Assembly (NCBI GenBank): GCA_019912315.1
Contig: JAIOJA010000057.1
Span: forward strand, 54,351 to 118,350
From: Planctomycetota bacterium
GTDB lineage: Bacteria > Planctomycetota > UBA8742 > UBA2392
DNA: 64,000 nucleotides
Direction of reading: 5' to 3'
Part shown: positions 1 to 9,411 of the stretch, piece after piece
How positions within the stretch are numbered: the stretch's first letter is position 1
Layout: every line of letters starts with the position of its first letter
Notes under the pieces: generated by a model
Database searches by the model: none
The model's input: only the letters and a program-made list of their open reading frames with translations
Told to the model about the DNA's origin: nothing
Translations under genes and position numbers: made by a program

Positions 1-24
1 AACCAGTACGTCGTCGATCTGGGG

Positions 25-1170
25 ATGGGTGAAAGCTACACGCAGATCCAGGGTTTCAACAGCATCGGCGGGCTGATGATTGCGATTCCTGCCATTGCGC
101 TGATCGGGCGCTTTCGCGCACGGACGCTGCTGCTTTTCGTCGCCCTGACGAACGGGCTTGCCTTCGCTACGCAGGGTGTTTTCGGAAGCATGGAAGTTTT
201 CCTCAGTAGCGCCTTCTTCGCCGGCATTGCCATGAGCCTCAACGCGGCCGTGGCTGCGCCGTTCCTGATGCGCAACACGGGCAGCGCGGAGCGTATTTTT
301 GCGTTCAGCTTTCAGGCCGTCGTCGCGCATCCACTGGCAGGCGTGATCGGCAGCTTGATCAGCGGCTTCGTCCAAAGTGGCGCTGCGGACTGGGCTGGCG
401 AGACGATTACGTTTCTCGGGCGGGACACGACCGGGCAGTTGTTCGGCTACCAGATCGCGCTGCTGCTGGCGGCGGCTTTCATGTTCGCTGCGCTGATTCC
501 ACTGGCACTGGTTCGGCAGGAGGACACAACAGGAAATCGCCGCAGCATCCGTGAGCTGATGCGCATCCACGACAAGAAGCGCCTGCTGATCATGTGCTCA
601 CCGGAGATGGTGATCGGGCTGGGCGCAGGTTTGACCATTCCGTTCTTCAACGTGTACTTTCAAACCGAGTGGGACCTTGACCCCAAGCGCATCGGCATCG
701 TATTCACAGCGATGGCCGCATTCCAGGTGATCAGCTTTCTGCTGGCGCCGGCACTGGTGAAACGTTTCGGGCCGGTGAAGGTCATCGTCGGCAGCCAGCT
801 GCTAAGTCTGCCCTTCTTCGTCGAGCTGGCCTTGGGGCACTACCTGTGGCTGGCGATTATTGCGTTCATTCTCCGTAACAACCTGATGAACCTGGCACAG
901 CCCGTGCTGAAACAGTTCAGCCAGGAAGTCGTACACCCGGATGACCAGAACGCCGTGTCGGTCATCCTGCACAGCTCGCGGCACCTGTTCTGGACCGCCG
1001 GTAACTTCATCGCCGCACCGCTGATTCTGTTCGGCGAGGGCAGCTTTCGATACGTCTTCATAGCCACCATCGCGTGCTACGTGATCGCGATTGGCGTGGA
1101 ACTGCTTGTGTTTCCAAAGCTCTACCGCACCCGCCGCCAGGAGCACCCCACCACGCCCGACCCGGCGTAA
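25..1170 (+). CDS. MFS-type membrane transporter (possibly 5'-truncated by window edge)
   Basis: 381-aa ORF with ~10-12 hydrophobic helices and Gly/Ala-rich segments typical of major-facilitator permeases. The frame stays open back to nt 1, so the true start may lie upstream of the window. Confidence 0.5.
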   Translation: MGESYTQIQGFNSIGGLMIAIPAIALIGRFRARTLLLFVALTNGLAFATQGVFGSMEVFLSSAFFAGIAMSLNAAVAAPFLMRNTGSAERIFAFSFQAVVAHPLAGVIGSLISGFVQSGAADWAGETITFLGRDTTGQLFGYQIALLLAAAFMFAALIPLALVRQEDTTGNRRSIRELMRIHDKKRLLIMCSPEMVIGLGAGLTIPFFNVYFQTEWDLDPKRIGIVFTAMAAFQVISFLLAPALVKRFGPVKVIVGSQLLSLPFFVELALGHYLWLAIIAFILRNNLMNLAQPVLKQFSQEVVHPDDQNAVSVILHSSRHLFWTAGNFIAAPLILFGEGSFRYVFIATIACYVIAIGVELLVFPKLYRTRRQEHPTTPDPA

Positions 1171-1427
1171 CTGAAACTCACCTCTTGGCAACCGGGCGCG
1201 AAGTTGCTGGAAAGGATCAGGCGCTCGACAAACCCGAGCGTCTACAACCTGAAGCCGGCGCCTGCTGGTCTCAACACCTATGGTGACTAATATCATCAAA
1301 TGGAAAAACCCGTCAGAACAAGCGCGACCGGCTTGCCGCACAAAGGGATCCGGTCGCCGGGCCCCTAATCAGCGGTGGAAAGCATAAGTCGTTGCGGTAT
1401 GATCCCGGTCCCCCACCAGGAGTGCTT

Positions 1428-3197
1428 ATGTCGCAGCGCCTAATGCTGCTCTTGATTGCCGTGTTGGTGATGACGCCCGCTATCACCGGTGTCGCGCAGC
1501 CCGTGCCTGGCCCGGACGACGAAACGGCTGAGCCCACCACCCTGCGCGTGGCCTTCCAGGATGGCTTGCGCCCAACGCTTGACCCGCACGCCTGCCGCGA
1601 CCCGCTGAGCTTCCGGCTGGTGTCGCTTGGCTACGAAACGCTCTACATGTGGGTTCCGGGCGATCATCCCCGTGTGGTGCCGTGCCTGGCCAAGTCCTTT
1701 CCTGTTGTTTCCGAAGACGGGCTTACAGTCACCATCAAGCTCGACACCACCGCGAAGTTCCACAACAGCCACTGCTTTGGTGAGGCGCGCACCCGAACAC
1801 TGAAGGCGTCGGACGTCATCCACAGCCTCAAGCGCGCCTCCGTGTTCAGCGACGACGGCATGTACTGGATGTGCGCCGGGCTGATCGACGGGCTCGACAA
1901 ATACGGTGAGCAGGCCCGCTACGACATGAGCTACGAAACCACGGACACAAAAGTTGCCGGGCTTAGCGCCCCCGACGATGAAACGGTCGTCATCAAGCTG
2001 ACCCGCCCCTGTGCCCCGCTGATCACCATGCTTGCGCATCCCGGCTTTTCGATCGTCCCGCGCGAGGCCATTGACCAGTTTTCCGGGCAACTGCGCACGC
2101 GCGTGGTGGGCACCGGGCCTTTCCGCCTGAACGCCGTCGCGAGCGAAAGCCTGTACGTCTTCAAACGCTGGGATGAATACCGCGGCGACAAACCAGGCTT
2201 TGAGCGCGTTACGTTCACCGCCCGCAGCTACTGGACCGAATTCGTGCAGGGGCTCAACACCGGTACCTTCCACGAGATGCCCCTGTGGGAGAATTACTAC
2301 GATCGCGTCGTCCAGGACGGCAGGCTGGTCGGTGAGCTCAAGAGCGCCGAGGCCGAACTTGTCAAGGAAGACGAGCACGGCTACTACTACCTCGCCTTCA
2401 ACATGGAAGACCCAGTCTGGGGCGCACTGGACGCTGACGGGCGCGCGTTGCGACGGGCGGTAAGCCTGGCCTACGATCGTGCCGCGATGCTGACGGACGC
2501 CGGGCGGGCGGGCGAATGGAACGCCCCGCAGGAGAACATGTTTCCGGCGGGCATGGAGTTCGAGGACACGGGCGCCGGGCTTGAGTACAGCAAGACCGAC
2601 CTGGCGGCTGCGAAAAAGCTGCTGGGCGGTAGCAAGTACAAGGGTGGTATTGACCCGTCAACGGGCACGCCCCTGCGCCTGACGTACTTGGCTATCGACA
2701 CGAATGACCTTCGTACGGACTTCCAGCGCCTGTATGAACAGTTCTCGCGGGCCCTGCGCGCTGCGCTGAAAGAACTGGGCATGGTGCTTGAGGTGCGCTA
2801 CGCCGGCGCGGGCGCATACCGCGACGAGATCGTGGATTCGGAGTACCAGATGTTCCAGGCAGGCTGGTTTCTGGACTACCCGGGCCCGATGAACTTTCTG
2901 CAACTGTTCTGGGGCGGCAACGCGGGGGTACACGCGGAGTACAACAACACGGCCCGCTACAACTCGCCGGACTTCAACAAGATGTACGAGCAGTTGCTGA
3001 CAACACCACCCACGGACGAAAACCGTGAGAAGCGCAAGGAACTTGTCCGCGCCCTCGCCGTGGAGATTGCCAAGGACCAGGTGACGATTCCTCTGTTTCA
3101 CGAACGCAACGCCAGGCTGCGCCGCACGGACGTGGTCTGGCCAGCCATGCCGCGCCAGACTTTCAACGACCTCCGCTTCGCAGGAACACCGGAATGA
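1428..3197 (+). CDS. ABC transporter substrate-binding protein, family 5 (Dpp/Opp-like)
   Basis: ATG at 1428 preceded by AGGAG (1418-1422); the ORF track starts at an upstream TTG (1392). Signal peptide MSQRLMLLLIAVLVMTPAITGVA. Length and composition of family-5 solute-binding proteins. First gene of a four-gene importer cluster. Confidence 0.75.
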   Translation: MSQRLMLLLIAVLVMTPAITGVAQPVPGPDDETAEPTTLRVAFQDGLRPTLDPHACRDPLSFRLVSLGYETLYMWVPGDHPRVVPCLAKSFPVVSEDGLTVTIKLDTTAKFHNSHCFGEARTRTLKASDVIHSLKRASVFSDDGMYWMCAGLIDGLDKYGEQARYDMSYETTDTKVAGLSAPDDETVVIKLTRPCAPLITMLAHPGFSIVPREAIDQFSGQLRTRVVGTGPFRLNAVASESLYVFKRWDEYRGDKPGFERVTFTARSYWTEFVQGLNTGTFHEMPLWENYYDRVVQDGRLVGELKSAEAELVKEDEHGYYYLAFNMEDPVWGALDADGRALRRAVSLAYDRAAMLTDAGRAGEWNAPQENMFPAGMEFEDTGAGLEYSKTDLAAAKKLLGGSKYKGGIDPSTGTPLRLTYLAIDTNDLRTDFQRLYEQFSRALRAALKELGMVLEVRYAGAGAYRDEIVDSEYQMFQAGWFLDYPGPMNFLQLFWGGNAGVHAEYNNTARYNSPDFNKMYEQLLTTPPTDENREKRKELVRALAVEIAKDQVTIPLFHERNARLRRTDVVWPAMPRQTFNDLRFAGTPE

Positions 3198-5233
3198 AGC
3201 ACTTGCGCCTGGTGCCCGGGATTGTCGGGCTGATTGCCGCTTTCGCAGTCCTGGCGTTTGTGCCGTCCTGCGGCGGCAGCGAGGCTTCCAAGGCGGCCGC
3301 TGGCGATGCGGTGTTGCAGTTACACGAAACTGGCGATCCGAAAAGCATCGACCCGCACAAGGCCGGCGACGTCGTGAGCAGCCAGCAATGCGGGCTGGTG
3401 TACGAGACGCTGTATCAGTACGACTACCTCGCGCGACCGGCGAAGTTGGTCCCCTGCCTTGCAGAGAGCGACCCGGAGTACGACCAGGCGACGCTGACCT
3501 ACACGTTCAAGTTGAAGAAGAACGTCTTCTTCCAGGATGACCGATGCTTTCACCCCAGCGCCCAGGGCGAGTACTTCGAGAACGAATCGGAAGTCGAGCG
3601 GGCCGACGTCGCGGCTGGCCGAAACCTTACGGCTCACGACATCGAATACAGCTTCAAGCGCCTGGCGGCCCTGCCGGATTCGGGCGGCTTCTGGGTTTTG
3701 GAAGGCAAGATTGAAGGACTGGATGAGTTCCGCGAAAAAGCCACGAAGCTCAAAGGCACGAGTTGGGACGAAGACGGCGAGTTTTTCGCCTACTTCGACA
3801 CACCGGTTTCGGGGCTCAAGGTCGTCGACAACTACACCATCCAGGTCAAGCTACGCGAGCCCTACCCACAGTTCCTGTACGCAATCACGCTCAGCTACGG
3901 CGCGGCTGTGGCGCGCGAGGCCGCGGAGTATTACGGCGACCAGCTGACGCGCCACCCTGTCGGCACGGGGCCGTATAAGCTCGACAACTGGTGGGAGCAG
4001 AAGGAGCTGGTCTGGGTTCGTAGCCCGAGCTTCCGCGAAGAGTACTTCCCCACCAGCGACGCGCCTGAGCACGCGCTGTGGCGCCCGCTGATGGGCAAGC
4101 GTCTGCCTCTGTGTGACCGGGTGGAGTTCCGGATCATCAAGGAAGCGCAGCCTTCGTTTCTCGAGTTTCTGAACGGGCGTCTGGCAGCTTCCGGCATGGA
4201 TAAAGACCAGTTCACCCAAGCCATGACCACTCAGTCGGAACTGACCGAAGAGTATAGGGAAAAGGGCATTCGCCTGCGCTCCTATGAAGAGCCGACGATT
4301 CACTATATCAGCTTCAACATGAATGACTCGATCGTCGGCACGCCTGCCGGCGAGAAGGGACGCGCGCTACGTCGCGCCATGTCCCACGCCTTTAACCGGG
4401 CCGACTACATCACCCGGATGCAGAACGGGCGGGGCACGCCTGCCGGTCAGATCACGCCGCCGGGCATGGTCGGTCACTTCGACGACTACTATATGGAAAG
4501 CCAGAGGTACGACCTGGACAAAGCCCGGCAGGTTCTGCGCGACGCGGGATTCCAGGTCGAGGGCTCCGGTGACGACTGGACGACGACTGATCCGGCCACC
4601 GGCAAGCAGGTAACGTTGACGGTCATGCACCGCAGCACACGCGACTCGACCAAGGACTACGCGGTCTTCCTCAACAACATGGGACGCCGCATCGGGCTGA
4701 ACATTGAGAATGAGTTGATGACCTTCGCCGAGTTCCTGAAACGTCAGGACGAAGGCACAGGACAGGCCTACGACGCGGGCTGGGTAATGGATTACCCTGA
4801 CGCGCAGAACATGCTGCAACTACTGTACGGACCCAACAAGCCGCCCGGCATCAACAGTGCGTCTTTCGCGGATGCCGAGTACGACAGGATTTACAAAGAG
4901 ATGGCCGTGCTAGACCAGGAAGTACCTGAGCAACGCGAAACGAAGCTGAAACTGATCAAGCAACTCAATGAGATTCTCGACCGTGAAGTGCCCTGGGTGC
5001 TGGTCGAGTTCCGCAAGATTTTCTCGCTATACCATGAATGGTTCATCCCGCCCCCATGGGAGCCAGCGAACGCATTTGCATACACGTACATCAAGTTCTA
5101 TTACGTGGACGCAGAAGCTGCTTCGCAAGTCAGTGAACGGAAATCACCGTTCTGGCCGGGGTTCATTTTGCTTTCCGTTATCTTGATTCCGGTCGGGCTG
5201 ATGGGCTGGAAAGTCATACAGAACCAGACGTAA
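3194..5233 (+). CDS. ABC transporter substrate-binding protein, family 5, with N-terminal lipoprotein-like signal and C-terminal hydrophobic anchor
   Basis: ATGA stop/start overlap with the upstream SBP gene. Signal peptide ending ...FVPSCGG. 679 aa, family-5 SBP-like. C-terminal hydrophobic segment FWPGFILLSVILIPVGLMGW. Confidence 0.75.
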   Translation: MKHLRLVPGIVGLIAAFAVLAFVPSCGGSEASKAAAGDAVLQLHETGDPKSIDPHKAGDVVSSQQCGLVYETLYQYDYLARPAKLVPCLAESDPEYDQATLTYTFKLKKNVFFQDDRCFHPSAQGEYFENESEVERADVAAGRNLTAHDIEYSFKRLAALPDSGGFWVLEGKIEGLDEFREKATKLKGTSWDEDGEFFAYFDTPVSGLKVVDNYTIQVKLREPYPQFLYAITLSYGAAVAREAAEYYGDQLTRHPVGTGPYKLDNWWEQKELVWVRSPSFREEYFPTSDAPEHALWRPLMGKRLPLCDRVEFRIIKEAQPSFLEFLNGRLAASGMDKDQFTQAMTTQSELTEEYREKGIRLRSYEEPTIHYISFNMNDSIVGTPAGEKGRALRRAMSHAFNRADYITRMQNGRGTPAGQITPPGMVGHFDDYYMESQRYDLDKARQVLRDAGFQVEGSGDDWTTTDPATGKQVTLTVMHRSTRDSTKDYAVFLNNMGRRIGLNIENELMTFAEFLKRQDEGTGQAYDAGWVMDYPDAQNMLQLLYGPNKPPGINSASFADAEYDRIYKEMAVLDQEVPEQRETKLKLIKQLNEILDREVPWVLVEFRKIFSLYHEWFIPPPWEPANAFAYTYIKFYYVDAEAASQVSERKSPFWPGFILLSVILIPVGLMGWKVIQNQT

Positions 5234-5248
5234 CGAAAGTCAGGCTGG

Positions 5249-6286
5249 ATGTTCGCATACGTACTTCGCCGCGTGCTGTACATGCCACTGATCCTGTTTG
5301 GGGTCATCCTGCTTACGTTCACACTTTTCTACATGGTCGCGAGCCCGGACGCGCTGGCGAAGATGAAGCTGGGCGAAAAGGCGACGCGCCTGCAAGTGCT
5401 CGACTGGCAGGAAAACCAGGGCTACATCACCTGGACCGACGACGGGCTCGAGAAGCGTCAGGCTACTCAGCGCATGTCGACCGCTGAGGCCAAGGAAGTC
5501 GTCTTTGTTGACGGCACCGACTACGAAAGCCGCAGCTGGCTCGGGCTGTTCGGCAGCTACGTCGGCTCCGTGCTCACGTTTGATTTCGGCAACGACCGCA
5601 CGGACAAACCGGTCAGTGAACGATTATGGGAGGGGCTTGGGCCAAGCCTGTCATTAACCCTGCCGGCCTTCCTTATCAGTGAGCTGGTCGGCGTGTTCTT
5701 CGGGCTGTTTGCCGCCATGTACCGGCAGAGCCGGATCGATCACACCATCGTGATCAGCGCGATCATCCTGATGAGTTTCAATGGCATTGCCCTGATCATG
5801 TTCGGGCAGAAGTTTCTGGCGGCAGACTGGGCGTACTTCCCCGTGCATGGCTTTGAGGCCGGGTTCCAGGCGCTGCGATTCCTGATCCTGCCGATCATCC
5901 TTTACCTGATCATCACGCTGGGCGAAAAGGTCCGCTTCAACCGCATTGTGATGCTGGACGAAGTTGACCAGGACTACGTTCGCACCGCGCGCTCCAAGGG
6001 TGCGAACGAGAACACTGTGCTGTTCAAGCACGTTCTGCGCAATTCGCTGATCCCGCTGATTACCCGCTGGACCGTTGCCATCGCGAGCCTGTATGTCGGC
6101 TCGCTGGTACTTGAGAGTTTCTTTGGCATCCCGGGGCTGGGCTCATTGACCATCGATGCAATCGCCAACAACGACGTAAATGTAATCCGCGCCATCGTGA
6201 TCCTCGGCGCAATCAGCTTCATGATTGCCAACCTTCTATCTGACGTGCTGTACGCAGTGGTGGACCCGCGGGTCCGCCTGGAGTAG
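5249..6286 (+). CDS. ABC transporter permease, DppB/OppB family
   Basis: Six predicted TM helices. C-terminal ...NLLSDVLYAVVDPRVRLE is the characteristic DppB/OppB tail. Follows the two SBP genes. Confidence 0.85.
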   Translation: MFAYVLRRVLYMPLILFGVILLTFTLFYMVASPDALAKMKLGEKATRLQVLDWQENQGYITWTDDGLEKRQATQRMSTAEAKEVVFVDGTDYESRSWLGLFGSYVGSVLTFDFGNDRTDKPVSERLWEGLGPSLSLTLPAFLISELVGVFFGLFAAMYRQSRIDHTIVISAIILMSFNGIALIMFGQKFLAADWAYFPVHGFEAGFQALRFLILPIILYLIITLGEKVRFNRIVMLDEVDQDYVRTARSKGANENTVLFKHVLRNSLIPLITRWTVAIASLYVGSLVLESFFGIPGLGSLTIDAIANNDVNVIRAIVILGAISFMIANLLSDVLYAVVDPRVRLE

Positions 6287-6289
6287 TGA

Positions 6290-7342
6290 ATGCCGTGGCG
6301 TGAAGTCATCCGGTTGTTGCTCAAGCGCAAGCTGGCCGTGATTTGTTTCGGTGTCATCTGCGTTTTTGCGCTGGTCGCGGTTTCCGCGAACTGGATCGTC
6401 TCGGACGAAATTCTGCGTGAACAGATCGGGTTGGACGAAACCACAAGTCTTGAGCGTCCATACCACCCGCCAGGCTGGTACCTGTACCTGAATCCGGACC
6501 ATCCCCACTTTGACAAAACCGGCGTCAACCCGGAAACGGCCGAGGCGCTGGCACCCATGTCCGATGAGGACCGCAACTGGGGCTTCTTCGACGCACGCAC
6601 GTGGCACCTGCCCCTCGGCGCGGACATCGGCGGCGTGAGCGTGCTCGCACGTCTGGTTCGTGGCGTCGCGCAGGCTTTCAAGATTGGACTGATTCCCACT
6701 ATCATCAGTTCGATCATCGCAACGATCATGGGTCTAATCGCAGGCTTCTTCGGGCGCTGGGTCGATGACTTGATCAACTACCTGATTTCCGTGCTGGCGG
6801 CGATTCCATTGCTGCTGTTGCTGATTGCCTTCATTCAGGCGGTGCGTGAAAGCGAAGCTATCGCCGGTATGTTTGAGACCTTCGGCGTAACCGACAAGGC
6901 CAACCGCAACCTTTACCTGGTGCTGATCGTGATCGGTCTGACCACCTGGATCGGGCTGTGCCGGCTGGTGCGCGCCGAAGTGCTGAAGCACAAGAATCGC
7001 GACTATGTACACGCCGCGCGGGCGCTCGGTTACGGGGAAATGCGCATCCTGTTCAAGCACATCCTGCCAAACGTGATGCACGTGGTGATCATCTTCTTCA
7101 CCCTCAGCTTCGTTGGCGCGGTCAGTCTTGAGGTCTTCCTCAGCTACGTCGGCATCGGAGTAGACCCCACCCTCCAGACCTGGGGGCGCATCATCACGGC
7201 CGCGCGCAGTGAATTGCAGCGCAGCCCATCAGTTTGGTGGCCGCTGGCCGGCGCAACGGTCTTCCTGTTCATCCTGTCACTGTCGTTCAGCCTGTTTGGC
7301 GACGCCTTGCGCGATGCGCTTGATCCGAAACTTCGCACCTAG
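6290..7342 (+). CDS. ABC transporter permease, DppC/OppC family
   Basis: N-terminal anchor helix plus periplasmic segment typical of OppC_N. Conserved EAA-region-like ARALGY...ILFKHILPN. 4-nt gap after the DppB-like gene. Confidence 0.85.
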   Translation: MPWREVIRLLLKRKLAVICFGVICVFALVAVSANWIVSDEILREQIGLDETTSLERPYHPPGWYLYLNPDHPHFDKTGVNPETAEALAPMSDEDRNWGFFDARTWHLPLGADIGGVSVLARLVRGVAQAFKIGLIPTIISSIIATIMGLIAGFFGRWVDDLINYLISVLAAIPLLLLLIAFIQAVRESEAIAGMFETFGVTDKANRNLYLVLIVIGLTTWIGLCRLVRAEVLKHKNRDYVHAARALGYGEMRILFKHILPNVMHVVIIFFTLSFVGAVSLEVFLSYVGIGVDPTLQTWGRIITAARSELQRSPSVWWPLAGATVFLFILSLSFSLFGDALRDALDPKLRT

Positions 7343-7365
7343 TAGCGTCGCGCCTCGAGGCTTGA

Positions 7366-8097
7366 ATGCGTACCGGCATTTTCATTACAGGCACTGACAC
7401 CGGCGTCGGCAAAACGATTGTTGCCGCAGGGCTTGTGTTGGCGCTGAAGCAGCGCGGGCTGAACGTCGGCTACATGAAGCCTGTTGAATCGGGCTGCCCG
7501 GTGCTGGACGGCGAAGTTGTTCCGCAGGACGTGCGCTTCATTCGCGAGTGCACGGGAATCAAGGACGACATCGACCTGATGTGCCCTTACCGCCTCAAAG
7601 CCGCGGCGGCACCCAGCATTGCCAGCCGGCTCGAGGACGTTCACATCGACATCGGCTATATCGTTGACCAGTACTTTCAGCTTTCACTGATGCACGAAAT
7701 CGTTGTGGTGGAAGGCGTCGGCGGGCTGATGGTGCCCCTGAACAACAGTGACCTCGTGACCGACCTGGTGCTGCAACTCGGGCTCGGAATGCTGTGCGTT
7801 TCACGGCCGGGGCTCGGTACCATCAACCACACGCTGCTTACTACCCACATGGCCAAGATGATGGGCATTCCGCTCAGCGGCGTCATCATCAACGGCTTCG
7901 GACGCGAGGCGATCGGGCTGCCCGAACGCACCAACCCCGACGAGATTGAACACTTCGGCAACGTGCCTGTTCTTGGCATCGTGCCGTGGATGAAAGACCT
8001 GGATTTCAACGCGTGCAAGCCGGGTTCGCTGCTGAGCGAGTTCAACGAACGGATCAATATCGATCCGATGCTCGAAGCCGATAACGACGAATTCTAA
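7366..8097 (+). CDS. bioD: dethiobiotin synthetase
   Basis: N-terminal GIFITGTDTGVGKT P-loop and MKPVESG motif characteristic of BioD. 243 aa. Confidence 0.85.
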   Translation: MRTGIFITGTDTGVGKTIVAAGLVLALKQRGLNVGYMKPVESGCPVLDGEVVPQDVRFIRECTGIKDDIDLMCPYRLKAAAAPSIASRLEDVHIDIGYIVDQYFQLSLMHEIVVVEGVGGLMVPLNNSDLVTDLVLQLGLGMLCVSRPGLGTINHTLLTTHMAKMMGIPLSGVIINGFGREAIGLPERTNPDEIEHFGNVPVLGIVPWMKDLDFNACKPGSLLSEFNERINIDPMLEADNDEF

Positions 8098-8132
8098 CAG
8101 CCCGCCTCACGAACACGGCAGATGAGGGTTTG

Positions 8133-9119
8133 ATGCGCACCGGGCGGATCATCATGGGAGCCTGCATCCTGGTCGCCATTGCTGCGGCGACCCTGGGCGG
8201 TGTCTGGGTTCTGCGTGAATCCGGCGGTGGCGGGCTTGATGTCAGCGTTGCCTTCGAAGACCCAAAGGGCCTGGCGATCGACGACGACGTCATCTACGGA
8301 GACCGAATCGTCGGCCGCGTAGAGCGCATCGTTGAAGAGCACGAGGGCCGGCTGGTCACGGCCCGCATCGCCGCTGAGTACGCCGACCTTGTCCATGAGG
8401 GCAGCCGCTTCTGGGTTGAGTCCCAGCCCGGCATGGACGTATTGATGTTTGACTCGCCCGTTGACTCCGGCGCCATCGCCGCACCGGGGCACCGCTTTGA
8501 GGGCTTTGCAGATCGCCCTCCGCCGGACCCCAAGGCCGTACCACCCGCCGTACCACGCAAGCTTACCGCGCGACCGGTGTGGCTGTGTGAAATCCGCGCT
8601 GTGCTGGAATTGACGGCGGGCGCGGACCTGACGGAAACCCAGCGGCGCAAGACCGCGGGCGTTGTCGCCGCCGTCCGCGAAAGCGGCGACCTGCTTGTGC
8701 TCGCGCCGTCATGGGTGGTCGAGTACCAGGGCGATCTCGCCGCCGAGCGCTACCGCGTCGAGTTGGTCGGCGGCGCGACATATGTGGGCGAGGTTCTGCA
8801 CGTTCGCCTGCCCTTCGTCGTGCTGCTGGTGCGCGAATCGAAGTACCAGGGCAACGCCGCGCCGTTTTGGGCTGACGCCCTGGCCGATCAGCAAGGATTG
8901 CTGCTGACCGACTTTGAGGGCACGGGTTACGCGGTCAAGCACATCGGCGGCGAAGTGCACCTGCGGGCGGGCATTGAGCAAGGCTACGTGGCGCTGATCG
9001 ACGGCACGAATGTGGCGGGTTTTGCATTGCCCGCTGTCGGCGTGAATCGTGGCGCGAGCTGGGTCCCCCTGAACGGCGCCGGCGACGCAATGCGGGAAGC
9101 CCAGGCGAAGCTGGAGTAA
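8133..9119 (+). CDS. MCE/MlaD/PqiB-family membrane-anchored protein
   Basis: N-terminal TM helix followed by a segment matching the MCE-domain pattern (VxFxDxxGL..D..V.Y..I.VG.V..I ... SRFWV). ATG at 8133 follows GAGGG; the ORF track starts at TTG 8130. Confidence 0.5.
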   Translation: MRTGRIIMGACILVAIAAATLGGVWVLRESGGGGLDVSVAFEDPKGLAIDDDVIYGDRIVGRVERIVEEHEGRLVTARIAAEYADLVHEGSRFWVESQPGMDVLMFDSPVDSGAIAAPGHRFEGFADRPPPDPKAVPPAVPRKLTARPVWLCEIRAVLELTAGADLTETQRRKTAGVVAAVRESGDLLVLAPSWVVEYQGDLAAERYRVELVGGATYVGEVLHVRLPFVVLLVRESKYQGNAAPFWADALADQQGLLLTDFEGTGYAVKHIGGEVHLRAGIEQGYVALIDGTNVAGFALPAVGVNRGASWVPLNGAGDAMREAQAKLE

Positions 9120-9220
9120 GTTCGTCCCGTCCCCAGTTTCCCAACAAATCAATCACGATTGTCGCACAGCCGCAGGGTGTGTCGCGCCGATAGTTAATGT
9201 ACCGCCCCGGAGAATACCTT

Positions 9221-9367
9221 ATGGACCCTGAACTGAAGATCGAACAGCAGGCCAGCGGTCGCTGGGCCATCGTGCAGGAAACTGTATTTGGCGAGCGTCA
9301 GGTGCTTGAAGAGCACGACACCGTGCAGGACGCGAAGTCCTCGCGGCGCCTGCCGAAGATCGCCTAG
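9221..9367 (+). CDS. small hypothetical protein (48 aa)
   Basis: ATG preceded by GGAGAA at a 7-nt spacing; MDPELKIEQQASGRWAIVQETVFGERQVLEEHDTVQDAKSSRRLPKIA. Lies in the 290-nt gap between the MCE gene and the aminotransferase gene. No homology recognised. Confidence 0.25.
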   Translation: MDPELKIEQQASGRWAIVQETVFGERQVLEEHDTVQDAKSSRRLPKIA

Positions 9368-9411
9368 CATCATTCGCCTCTGTCATGCAGACTCGCCCTC
9401 AAGGAGCGAAA

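Noticed and set aside
1440-2378. 312-aa minus-strand ORF antisense to the first SBP gene. Similar long antisense ORFs occur at 32818-34416 (-), 54159-55472 (-), 56969-58057 (-), 43983-45068 (-) and 14780-15523 (-).
   Set aside because: High-GC genomes generate long stop-free antisense frames. Every one of these is fully overlapped by a gene with clear domain signatures on the other strand, and their products are Arg/Ala/Gly-rich low-complexity sequence without motifs.
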